Assembly: GCA_964057225.1 (NCBI GenBank)
Contig: OZ059899.1
Coordinates: 10,788,001 to 10,852,000, forward strand
Direction of reading: 5' to 3'
DNA: 64,000 nucleotides
DNA from: Auanema rhodensis
Lineage: Eukaryota > Animalia > Nematoda
Shown here: positions 27,617-38,000 of the stretch, in pieces
Position numbering within the stretch: position 1 is the stretch's first letter
Layout: every line of letters begins with the position of its first letter
Made by a program: the position numbers and the translations under genes
Notes under the pieces: generated by a model
The model's input: only the letters and a program-made list of their open reading frames with translations
Database searches by the model: none
What the model was told of the DNA's origin: nothing

Positions 27617-28001
27617 CGTTACATATTGTTTCTTCCCGTCTTTTCATGGTCGGAAGATATATGTACTTCTACCTTGTTCCTTAGGTAGGCAGACCCGAAC
27701 GCCCCGATTTCCTTATTAAGACAAATACTTAAAGAGAAAAAGATTCATTATCAGATAACAAGAAAATACAATATAAGAATTACATTAAGAAAGAATATAA
27801 AGAGATCTAATAAAGTATTAAATAGAGTATATATATATATAGATGATATAGAGATGAGACTCACATGGCTATAAGACAACCTATCTGGGTTAGGCCAGAA
27901 GCAAGAGTGCCATGTGTGTCCCATGTTGTGGGCGGGGCTTGTTCAGGCTCCCGCTATTTGAATAGCGCGCACATGTTTACCATGTGCTTGCAGATGTGAC
28001 A
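27617..28001 (-). repeat. Element A 3' LTR (385 bp)
   Basis: Direct repeat of 45264-45646; by eye differs by one substitution and one TA unit; element-strand ends TGTCACA...TGTAACG. Confidence 0.96.
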
Positions 28002-28013
28002 TCCCCCCACCTT
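28002..28013 (-). promoter_or_regulatory. Polypurine tract of element A
   Basis: AAGGTGGGGGGA immediately 5' of the 3' LTR on the element strand. Confidence 0.88.
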
Positions 28014-28604
28014 AAAAAGTTGAACGTCCTCGTTCAAAAACAAAATAAATTAATTCACTTTTTAAGATAGTTGGATGTTGGAAAAAAAAATCATGGTGTA
28101 GTGGATAAAAAAAAAATGTATACAATACGATTTGAAAGTTTAGCTATTGTCTCTTCAAGTTTGTTGAATTCGAAATGTAGTATCGAGTAGATTCTATTTC
28201 ATTCACTTGAGTAGTGAAATGCTTGCAAACGAGAGCTTTGCTTCTAAACCATTCGACTGTGATATAGTCGTTCATTTTCTTGAGTTGTACAGGTACGGTG
28301 TTACCCTGAGAATAGGTCGAGCTCGTTTTGTACAAAAAAATGAAAACTCGTTTAACCCGTATGACTAATGTCCATAAGGTGAATACAAGTAATGATTAAG
28401 CATAAAAAATAGCATGATTCACAAGAGAATGTTGAAAAAAAAATCTACTCAATGAGAGTTGGAGTAATAAAACAAAACCTTGTAAAACAATAGCAGAGTT
28501 CTCAGAGAAAATCAATCAACAACAAAGAAGTGGTACAATCAGAAATGGCACAAAATAAAATAAAAAAATTTCAACAATTTGATTTTGTTAAAAAAAAACT
28601 ACCT

Positions 28605-31600
28605 TCAAGAAATTGTGATAACCGGAATAGATGTTGTCCGTTGGTAAGGTTTGACGAAGTCCTTGTGTACTCTTCTGCTTTTTCCTTTATCTGTTTGAAC
28701 CCCGACAAAAGATCTTTGAACTGCTGTAACTAAATAAGGCCCTTCGAATGAAGGTGTTAGTTTGTTTCGAGTAGAATTCACTTTTATCATAACTAAGTCA
28801 TTAACCTGAATTTCTTTATTTTGTGTTCTATTTCGTGTATTGTACCGTTGTTCATTCTTCTTTGTGCATGTTTCAATTCTATCTTTTACTATATTAGATG
28901 TGCTTTCATTTTGTATTAGCGATCTATTGACAAAATCTTCTGTAGGATTGGCTGGTTCTTCAGTTTGAAGATTGTTTCCAGGCAATTGATGGTCAATAGG
29001 AAGTCTTGCATCCCGACCAAATAATACAACATATGGACTAATAGATGTTGATGAGTTTGGTAACGTATTGATCGCAAACATAACTTTGGGTAGGTGTATA
29101 TCCCAGTTAGTTTGTTGTTCATTCACGAATGAAGAGAGAGCTTCTTCCAAAGTTCTATGAAGTCTCTCAACTTGTCCATTAGCATTTTTATGATATGGTA
29201 GCGTAGTAGTGTGTTTAATTCCAAATTGTTTACACATAGCTTGAAATTCAGATGACAAAAAGCTACTACCATTATCGGTTATCATACTCATTGGTGGTCC
29301 ATATATGAAAACAAATCTAATTACAAACGCTTTTGTGATTTCAGTAGCCGTTTGTGTTATTAATGGGCAAGTTGTTCCCCATTTACTAAAAGCATCTTGA
29401 ATACTCAAGATGTATCGATGTCCATCATTAGTGCGAGGTAAAGGACCTAGTATATCTACATGAATACGATCAAATGGCTTTTCGGGTATAACAAATCTTC
29501 CCATAGGTTGAATATACGATTGGTGTGGGTTAGATTTCCTACTTGCACATTTTGTACAACGATTAATAAATTCAGTTATTTGTGGAACCATATTAGTCCA
29601 AAAGAATCGTCGTCGAATCGCATCAGTAGTTTTATTTATACCTAGGTGTGCACCAATTTTGGAATCTTCATGAAAAAATTTGATAACAACATCAGTTATT
29701 TTGTCGTTACGAGGCAAAATAATAGATGGTTTCAAATAATTTTTCGCTTGTTTTGCATGTAATATGCCTTCTCGTTCTTCATACCGGTCTGATATATTAG
29801 CCGGACAGTTATCATTATTAATTTGAGAAAGTGCTTCGCGAATCCAGGGAACTCCAGCTTGAACTTTCCGTATTTCTTCACAATTTAGTTGGTCAATAGA
29901 AGAAATAGTTGTGATATGAGCAATAAAAGCATCAACAGGTTTTACTTTGTCCTTTGGTTTAGTAGGACGACTGTCATTTGCTTCGTTTCCTATATACCTG
30001 GAGAGAGCATCACAGACACTGTTTAATTTGCCAGGACGATATTCAATCTTTATGTTGAAATCTTGTATCATTAGTTGATACTTGGCTAATCTACCTATGA
30101 GATCTTTACGCGACATTAAACTGGTTAATGGTCGGTGATCTGTGATAACTGTGGTAGGTACTCCTAATACATAGGTACGGAATTGTTGAAGAGCAAAGAC
30201 TAAACCGAGTGCTTCAACTTCAATAGGAGGATATTTCCGTTCCGCTGGAGTCAACTTTCTACTAGCGAACGCAATCGGGTGTAATGGAGAATTTTTCTCT
30301 GCTGATTGCAATAAAACTGCTCCCACAGCGATCATACTGCCATCACTTTCTATAACAAAAGGTTGGTCTGCTTTAGGAGGTTTCAGTACAGGGGCAGTAC
30401 ACAGTAATGTTTTTAAAGTTTTAAATGCGTCTGCATGTTCCGATTTCCACTCAAAAGGAGTATCCTTATGTGTTAACTTATACAATGGCTCAGCTATTCC
30501 GGCATAATTTTGAATAAACCGTCGAAAATAGTTAGTCATACCTAGAAAGGATCTGACAGCCGTAACTGTGCTTGGATTTGGAAATTCGGAAACAGCCTGT
30601 ATTTTAGCAGGATCTGGTTTAACACCATTTCTACCTATTATAAAACCCAAAAACTTTACTTCAGTGGCTGCAAAGCAACATTTAGATAACTTAATTTTTA
30701 ACCCTAGTTCAGTGACCTTTTTCAGCACTTCTTGTATATCTCTTAAATGTTCTTCAGCTGAGTTCGAAATTATTAGCAAATCATCTAGATATACAAACAG
30801 TTTGCATCTAACAAGAGATTGCAAGTATCGTACTGCGGATTGAAAAGTGTGTGGCGCTCCACACAATCCCATAGGCATTCGGCAATACTGATAGGTACCT
30901 GATGGAGTGGTAAAAGCAGTTAGGTATCTATCTGAGTGTTTCAACGGTATTTGGAAGAAACCAGAAATGAGATCAAAATTCGAAAAGAACTGAGCTCCAG
31001 CCGCTAAGTCTATGATATCAGGAATGTGTGGGATGCTGTATGTTTGTTTCTTAGTAACACTATTCAATGCTCTAAAGTCAGTAACGAACCGGAAAGAATT
31101 ATCTTTCTTTTTCACAAGAACAACTGGACTAGTGAAAGTAGCCGTCGAATTTTCGATTATACCTTGCGACAACATTTCTTTCACTTGCCGTTCTACTTCT
31201 TCTTGCTTACCCAATGGTACTCTGTAAGATCTACTTTTTGGAAAATCCATATCAGATCTTACAGGAATGGCATGTTCAACTGGTCCGCAAAAGAGACCAA
31301 TATTATGATCATGGTTGAAAAATGCCGTTTGGTTTTCCTTAATGATTGTGATCAGATTTTTCTTCATTTTATGGGACAGAGTGCAAGAATTGAAGTTCAA
31401 ATCATCCAAAAGATGCTGAGGAAAAGTTGGTAACTTATCTTCCCAATCAGCTTCAGGTGGAACATAATCGTTCATAATTTCTTTAGATGCTATAAGTCCT
31501 GAACCAATGTGGTCATTTTTATTAATTTTAATTGGCTTTGAAGAATTGTTTGATACTACCATAGTAATAGGAAAAGGTCCTATGGCGGCATCTGGAATTG

Positions 31601-34600
31601 AGATAGGACCTGTGCTAGATTTTAAAAGAGCATATTGATCAAAATCTAATTCTGGTCCTGTTTGCAAAGATATGTGGGAGGTACTATGTGGTGGAACTGT
31701 TACTGTGGACAAACTTATGATATTTACTGTTTTAGTTGTGGTTTTATATGCAAAACAACCAGGTTTTACTAAGGGTGTTTCCATATTACCAACAATCAAC
31801 TTTCCTTTACATAGTTTTAATGTAGTAAATATCTCTCTTTCTTCCAACGTACGCATAAAATCAGTACCAAGTAACATTTGTCCTGGACAGTCATTGTCTT
31901 CAGATATTAAAAATTCGTGTTCCACTTGGTAACCTGCTATACCCACATCTAACTTGCATTTTCCCACAAAGCGAAACTCTGATCCATTTGCAGTGGATGC
32001 AGATTTAGAATATTTTGTAAAATATTGTCTTCCAATATATGCCAATGTGGAGAACGGAATATATGAGACAGTAGCTCCAGAATCCCATAATGCTAACAGT
32101 CCTCTACCTTCAATGTCAATATGAACAAACGGTAACATGTGTCCATCTTTCTTTGTTGTTGTGTGACATACAAAAGGTATGGCTAAAGGAATGTAAGTTA
32201 TGATGGTGGGAAAATAGCTCCGCATCAATTCATCACTAACTGTTTCATGAATCTCATCTCCCTCAAGTGGTGGAGCTGTTGGGCTCAACATGATATGGTT
32301 TATTTTTAACATAGAAGTAGGGGAGAGATAACATTTTATAGTGAAATATAATGCTATCATTAGACATAATATCAGAGTTATACAACCGATGGTAATGAGT
32401 GTTCGTTCAATTGAACCTATACAAAAGTCAATGAACAGATCCCAATTGGAGAAAACAATTTTCCTGGCATCTCTTATAAGTTTACTTCCTTTGAAGATGA
32501 AAGAGGAAATTTGAGGCCAATCACGTGAACGAGAAATTACGCGGAGAAGATCATGGTGAGGTGAAGTAGATAAACTATAACCATAAGTTAATCCAATAGA
32601 TAGGGCTAAGGATTTTTCAGTCGAATTTTCAAACAAATTCCGCCCTGTGAATCGAAGTTTACTCAATTCAGCATAATGATCATGTTTTTCTGAATGAATA
32701 CTATCTACTTTATGTGTGTCACCTTTATAATCTCTCCATGTTCCATTTTCATACCAAATCTCTGTCTCTTTGTGTTCACAATTGATCTCATGTCCTTCAG
32801 TGCTCAAATCGTAGCTATCGATAGGAGCAAAGAATAATTGTTTATCGTGTGTTAAAACAGGGGTCTCTGCATAACATTTATCATTGTAAGAATGATTACG
32901 ATAAATGAAATGTGGTTCTATTTCCTGACAAGTTGTTATTTTTAAAACATTTCTTCCAACAAATCGGGCAACGATATCATCCCGCTGAAGCATAGCTCTT
33001 ACTCCTATTGTAGGATGTATACGTAATATAGCTTGCCAGCTTTTTACAGTTTCCATTTGAGATTTACAGATGGTATGAAACTGTTGATGAAATTCGTCAA
33101 TTATGGAGAGACGCGCTTTCTCAAACCCATAATTCAACTTATTATCTATTATCGTTTTAGTTTTATGCTCTGATTTGTGGAGAACATTGTCATATACTTC
33201 TGCTACATACAACTCTCGACCTCTCTCGTACGCATTAGAGGTAGGAGTTGTTAAACTACGAATTGTAGTTTTGGTGGCAGTTATTGGGGTTACAGTAGTA
33301 TGCTGTACCATATTTTTATCAGTTGTGATTTGAGTTTTAACCCAACTTATGAATTCTAAAACTTCTGTTTTATTGAATTTAGGATTTTCCTGTGGGTATT
33401 CGATGGACTGTGGAGGAAATCCATAATATGCTGTACTATTCTTTGTATAAAGGTTGTGATAGTCAGGCAGCTTGGATATAATTGCTAAATCTTGCTCTTG
33501 GTTATTTCTAACAGTAGCATCAGCTTTTTGTTGTCGACTGACTTGCATGTCACGAGATATTTGTTCTTTTCCCGATTGTTGTTGGATCATGAATAACATG
33601 CCTTGAGCAGTTGCAATAATTTCAGATTGATTCATATTTCCACTGCGTGGTAATATAGATGGATATAAGGCTCTTGCCAACTGTTCAATTGATGGAACTG
33701 TTTGTGTACCATCAAGAATTGTGGCTTGATATACTACTGCGTGAGCCATTCCTCGAAAGAAATCTTCTATGGATGTTGTAGATTTCATCAAAGATCTTTT
33801 TAACCGAGGAACTTCTATACGACGAGCTACTTGAGTGATAAGATCATCCAATTTCATGCTATTAATCATCTGTCTAGTAGCCAGTTTAATTTCCTCTATA
33901 CCCATACATTGTAAAATCAAAAGATTGGGATCTTTGAAATTATTAGACTTTGCCCAGTTAGTTATGTGATCTTTTGTCAATCCTAAACTAACAATTGTGT
34001 CAATGAACAGTGGATTATCTATCGCGAATTGGAGCAAACTCTCATAAGATGATGTAGCTGCATATCTCATATATTTTGCGTAAAACTTAGTGATAGATGC
34101 AGATCCAAAAATGAAAGTAGGTCTTAGAAATGGAAACGCATATGGTTGGGATTTCGCATTAACAAAAAGATAATCATCACTGAAAGAGCGATGTTTTTGA
34201 GGTAATGCATTACGTTTATTTCTGCGTCTATCAGCATTAAGCAAAGTATTGGAAAGATCAAGCAAATTATAAACACGGGGATATGCTGTGAATCGGATAA
34301 TTGCCTCAGAAGATGATTCAAAAACAGCGAATTCGAAACAAGATTGAACGTGAGCGGATGTGGAATGATTTTGGAGAACAAAAGCGCTTTCAATAGAGTG
34401 AACTAGAAGAATATGATCACCCAACATGGCGGAGAAGGGGCCAAGTTTTTGATAGTGACAGACAACTGATGGGATAGGTGGTTGCCAGATAACTGCACCT
34501 TCACCAGTTGCACAAAACCCTTCATTTCCTTTACAATTATCAGTATTTATAAATAAGTCTGATACAATGTGATCTTCTTTCAATCTAGTTATTATCCCTC

Positions 34601-35087
34601 GCTTCAATACAAATTGTTCAATTTCTACACATTCTTCAGTGGACCAAGAGCGAGTTGGATTATGCTCGTTTAATGGTGTTTCAAAAACTGAATGCTGTTG
34701 GGCATTCATGATTTTATCATTCCACATACGATTTCTATGTGCTCGAACACAATCTTTCTTATCTACTGTTTCAATATGAGAGAATGTGGTGTTACGATCT
34801 CTCAAAAACATGAAATCTCTCACACAGCTTTTATACTTTTTCACATAGCATTTCCATGCTTCCCATGACTCTATCTCAGCCTTTGGTAGATATATTTCTA
34901 CCTCAACACTGTGAGCCTTTTCAATTTCTGCCTTATGGCAGCCTGTGACCACAGGAGGTGTTACTAATATACCCCCTTCAGATTGAGCGCAAGTCTGATA
35001 TATTAGCCGGACAGTTATCATTATTAATTTGAGAAAGTGCTTCGCGAATCCAGGGAACTCCAGCTTGAACTTTCCGTATTTCTTCAC
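28605..35087 (-). CDS. Env(gB-like)-protease-RT-RNaseH-integrase polyprotein, copy 1; genuine env sequence begins at 35000 (YQTC), first ~29 aa are a junction artefact
   Basis: Furin site RRRNKR; TM LITIGCITLILCLMIALYFTI; protease WDSGA; RT YLDD; RNase H ESDGS...ITDHRPL; integrase H-X7-H...C-X2-C, D,D(35)E (RIHVDILGP, TDNGSSF, GQVER), GPY motif; no chromodomain. Confidence 0.93.
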   Translation of the reverse strand: MKKYGKFKLEFPGFAKHFLKLIMITVRLIYQTCAQSEGGILVTPPVVTGCHKAEIEKAHSVEVEIYLPKAEIESWEAWKCYVKKYKSCVRDFMFLRDRNTTFSHIETVDKKDCVRAHRNRMWNDKIMNAQQHSVFETPLNEHNPTRSWSTEECVEIEQFVLKRGIITRLKEDHIVSDLFINTDNCKGNEGFCATGEGAVIWQPPIPSVVCHYQKLGPFSAMLGDHILLVHSIESAFVLQNHSTSAHVQSCFEFAVFESSSEAIIRFTAYPRVYNLLDLSNTLLNADRRRNKRNALPQKHRSFSDDYLFVNAKSQPYAFPFLRPTFIFGSASITKFYAKYMRYAATSSYESLLQFAIDNPLFIDTIVSLGLTKDHITNWAKSNNFKDPNLLILQCMGIEEIKLATRQMINSMKLDDLITQVARRIEVPRLKRSLMKSTTSIEDFFRGMAHAVVYQATILDGTQTVPSIEQLARALYPSILPRSGNMNQSEIIATAQGMLFMIQQQSGKEQISRDMQVSRQQKADATVRNNQEQDLAIISKLPDYHNLYTKNSTAYYGFPPQSIEYPQENPKFNKTEVLEFISWVKTQITTDKNMVQHTTVTPITATKTTIRSLTTPTSNAYERGRELYVAEVYDNVLHKSEHKTKTIIDNKLNYGFEKARLSIIDEFHQQFHTICKSQMETVKSWQAILRIHPTIGVRAMLQRDDIVARFVGRNVLKITTCQEIEPHFIYRNHSYNDKCYAETPVLTHDKQLFFAPIDSYDLSTEGHEINCEHKETEIWYENGTWRDYKGDTHKVDSIHSEKHDHYAELSKLRFTGRNLFENSTEKSLALSIGLTYGYSLSTSPHHDLLRVISRSRDWPQISSFIFKGSKLIRDARKIVFSNWDLFIDFCIGSIERTLITIGCITLILCLMIALYFTIKCYLSPTSMLKINHIMLSPTAPPLEGDEIHETVSDELMRSYFPTIITYIPLAIPFVCHTTTKKDGHMLPFVHIDIEGRGLLALWDSGATVSYIPFSTLAYIGRQYFTKYSKSASTANGSEFRFVGKCKLDVGIAGYQVEHEFLISEDNDCPGQMLLGTDFMRTLEEREIFTTLKLCKGKLIVGNMETPLVKPGCFAYKTTTKTVNIISLSTVTVPPHSTSHISLQTGPELDFDQYALLKSSTGPISIPDAAIGPFPITMVVSNNSSKPIKINKNDHIGSGLIASKEIMNDYVPPEADWEDKLPTFPQHLLDDLNFNSCTLSHKMKKNLITIIKENQTAFFNHDHNIGLFCGPVEHAIPVRSDMDFPKSRSYRVPLGKQEEVERQVKEMLSQGIIENSTATFTSPVVLVKKKDNSFRFVTDFRALNSVTKKQTYSIPHIPDIIDLAAGAQFFSNFDLISGFFQIPLKHSDRYLTAFTTPSGTYQYCRMPMGLCGAPHTFQSAVRYLQSLVRCKLFVYLDDLLIISNSAEEHLRDIQEVLKKVTELGLKIKLSKCCFAATEVKFLGFIIGRNGVKPDPAKIQAVSEFPNPSTVTAVRSFLGMTNYFRRFIQNYAGIAEPLYKLTHKDTPFEWKSEHADAFKTLKTLLCTAPVLKPPKADQPFVIESDGSMIAVGAVLLQSAEKNSPLHPIAFASRKLTPAERKYPPIEVEALGLVFALQQFRTYVLGVPTTVITDHRPLTSLMSRKDLIGRLAKYQLMIQDFNIKIEYRPGKLNSVCDALSRYIGNEANDSRPTKPKDKVKPVDAFIAHITTISSIDQLNCEEIRKVQAGVPWIREALSQINNDNCPANISDRYEEREGILHAKQAKNYLKPSIILPRNDKITDVVIKFFHEDSKIGAHLGINKTTDAIRRRFFWTNMVPQITEFINRCTKCASRKSNPHQSYIQPMGRFVIPEKPFDRIHVDILGPLPRTNDGHRYILSIQDAFSKWGTTCPLITQTATEITKAFVIRFVFIYGPPMSMITDNGSSFLSSEFQAMCKQFGIKHTTTLPYHKNANGQVERLHRTLEEALSSFVNEQQTNWDIHLPKVMFAINTLPNSSTSISPYVVLFGRDARLPIDHQLPGNNLQTEEPANPTEDFVNRSLIQNESTSNIVKDRIETCTKKNEQRYNTRNRTQNKEIQVNDLVMIKVNSTRNKLTPSFEGPYLVTAVQRSFVGVQTDKGKSRRVHKDFVKPYQRTTSIPVITIS

Positions 35088-38000
35088 AATTTAGTTGGTC
35101 AATAGAAGAAATAGTTGTGATATGAGCAATAAAAGCATCAACAGGTTTTACTTTGTCCTTTGGTTTAGTAGGACGACTGTCATTTGCTTCGTTTCCTATA
35201 TACCTGGAGAGAGCATCACAGACACTGTTTAATTTGCCAGGACGATATTCAATCTTTATGTTGAAATCTTGTATCATTAGTTGATACTTGGCTAATCTAC
35301 CTATGAGATCTTTACGCGACATTAAACTGGTTAATGGTCGGTGATCTGTGATAACTGTGGTAGGTACTCCTAATACATAGGTACGGAATTGTTGAAGAGC
35401 AAAGACTAAACCGAGTGCTTCAACTTCAATAGGAGGATATTTCCGTTCCGCTGGAGTCAACTTTCTACTAGCGAACGCAATCGGGTGTAATGGAGAATTT
35501 TTCTCTGCTGATTGCAATAAAACTGCTCCCACAGCGATCATACTGCCATCACTTTCTATAACAAAAGGTTGGTCTGCTTTAGGAGGTTTCAGTACAGGGG
35601 CAGTACACAGTAATGTTTTTAAAGTTTTAAATGCGTCTGCATGTTCCGATTTCCACTCAAAAGGAGTATCCTTATGTGTTAACTTATACAATGGCTCAGC
35701 TATTCCGGCATAATTTTGAATAAACCGTCGAAAATAGTTAGTCATACCTAGAAAGGATCTGACAGCCGTAACTGTGCTTGGATTTGGAAATTCGGAAACA
35801 GCCTGTATTTTAGCAGGATCTGGTTTAACACCATTTCTACCTATTATAAAACCCAAAAACTTTACTTCAGTGGCTGCAAAGCAACATTTAGATAACTTAA
35901 TTTTTAACCCTAGTTCAGTGACCTTTTTCAGCACTTCTTGTATATCTCTTAAATGTTCTTCAGCTGAGTTCGAAATTATTAGCAAATCATCTAGATATAC
36001 AAACAGTTTGCATCTAACAAGAGATTGCAAGTATCGTACTGCGGATTGAAAAGTGTGTGGCGCTCCACACAATCCCATAGGCATTCGGCAATACTGATAG
36101 GTACCTGATGGAGTGGTAAAAGCAGTTAGGTATCTATCTGAGTGTTTCAACGGTATTTGGAAGAAACCAGAAATGAGATCAAAATTCGAAAAGAACTGAG
36201 CTCCAGCCGCTAAGTCTATGATATCAGGAATGTGTGGGATGCTGTATGTTTGTTTCTTAGTAACACTATTCAATGCTCTAAAGTCAGTAACGAACCGGAA
36301 AGAATTATCTTTCTTTTTCACAAGAACAACTGGACTAGTGAAAGTAGCCGTCGAATTTTCGATTATACCTTGCGACAACATTTCTTTCACTTGCCGTTCT
36401 ACTTCTTCTTGCTTACCCAATGGTACTCTGTAAGATCTACTTTTTGGAAAATCCATATCAGATCTTACAGGAATGGCATGTTCAACTGGTCCGCAAAAGA
36501 GACCAATATTATGATCATGGTTGAAAAATGCCGTTTGGTTTTCCTTAATGATTGTGATCAGATTTTTCTTCATTTTATGGGACAGAGTGCAAGAATTGAA
36601 GTTCAAATCATCCAAAAGATGCTGAGGAAAAGTTGGTAACTTATCTTCCCAATCAGCTTCAGGTGGAACATAATCGTTCATAATTTCTTTAGATGCTATA
36701 AGTCCTGAACCAATGTGGTCATTTTTATTAATTTTAATTGGCTTTGAAGAATTGTTTGATACTACCATAGTAATAGGAAAAGGTCCTATGGCGGCATCTG
36801 GAATTGAGATAGGACCTGTGCTAGATTTTAAAAGAGCATATTGATCAAAATCTAATTCTGGTCCTGTTTGCAAAGATATGTGGGAGGTACTATGTGGTGG
36901 AACTGTTACTGTGGACAAACTTATGATATTTACTGTTTTAGTTGTGGTTTTATATGCAAAACAACCAGGTTTTACTAAGGGTGTTTCCATATTACCAACA
37001 ATCAACTTTCCTTTACATAGTTTTAATGTAGTAAATATCTCTCTTTCTTCCAACGTACGCATAAAATCAGTACCAAGTAACATTTGTCCTGGACAGTCAT
37101 TGTCTTCAGATATTAAAAATTCGTGTTCCACTTGGTAACCTGCTATACCCACATCTAACTTGCATTTTCCCACAAAGCGAAACTCTGATCCATTTGCAGT
37201 GGATGCAGATTTAGAATATTTTGTAAAATATTGTCTTCCAATATATGCCAATGTGGAGAACGGAATATATGAGACAGTAGCTCCAGAATCCCATAATGCT
37301 AACAGTCCTCTACCTTCAATGTCAATATGAACAAACGGTAACATGTGTCCATCTTTCTTTGTTGTTGTGTGACATACAAAAGGTATGGCTAAAGGAATGT
37401 AAGTTATGATGGTGGGAAAATAGCTCCGCATCAATTCATCACTAACTGTTTCATGAATCTCATCTCCCTCAAGTGGTGGAGCTGTTGGGCTCAACATGAT
37501 ATGGTTTATTTTTAACATAGAAGTAGGGGAGAGATAACATTTTATAGTGAAATATAATGCTATCATTAGACATAATATCAGAGTTATACAACCGATGGTA
37601 ATGAGTGTTCGTTCAATTGAACCTATACAAAAGTCAATGAACAGATCCCAATTGGAGAAAACAATTTTCCTGGCATCTCTTATAAGTTTACTTCCTTTGA
37701 AGATGAAAGAGGAAATTTGAGGCCAATCACGTGAACGAGAAATTACGCGGAGAAGATCATGGTGAGGTGAAGTAGATAAACTATAACCATAAGTTAATCC
37801 AATAGATAGGGCTAAGGATTTTTCAGTCGAATTTTCAAACAAATTCCGCCCTGTGAATCGAAGTTTACTCAATTCAGCATAATGATCATGTTTTTCTGAA
37901 TGAATACTATCTACTTTATGTGTGTCACCTTTATAATCTCTCCATGTTCCATTTTCATACCAAATCTCTGTCTCTTTGTGTTCACAATTGATCTCATGTC

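Noticed and set aside
28144-28335. 63-aa ORF in the 3' region of element A as an accessory gene
   Set aside because: TTG start, no upstream in-frame ATG, no visible counterpart in element B; cannot be supported without homology searches
35001-35087. MKKYGKFKLEF... as the natural N-terminus or signal peptide of the polyprotein
   Set aside because: It is an alternate-frame reading of the duplicated pol linker with a GTG start; same for the MKFFLQ... start at 44677, which is leader sequence
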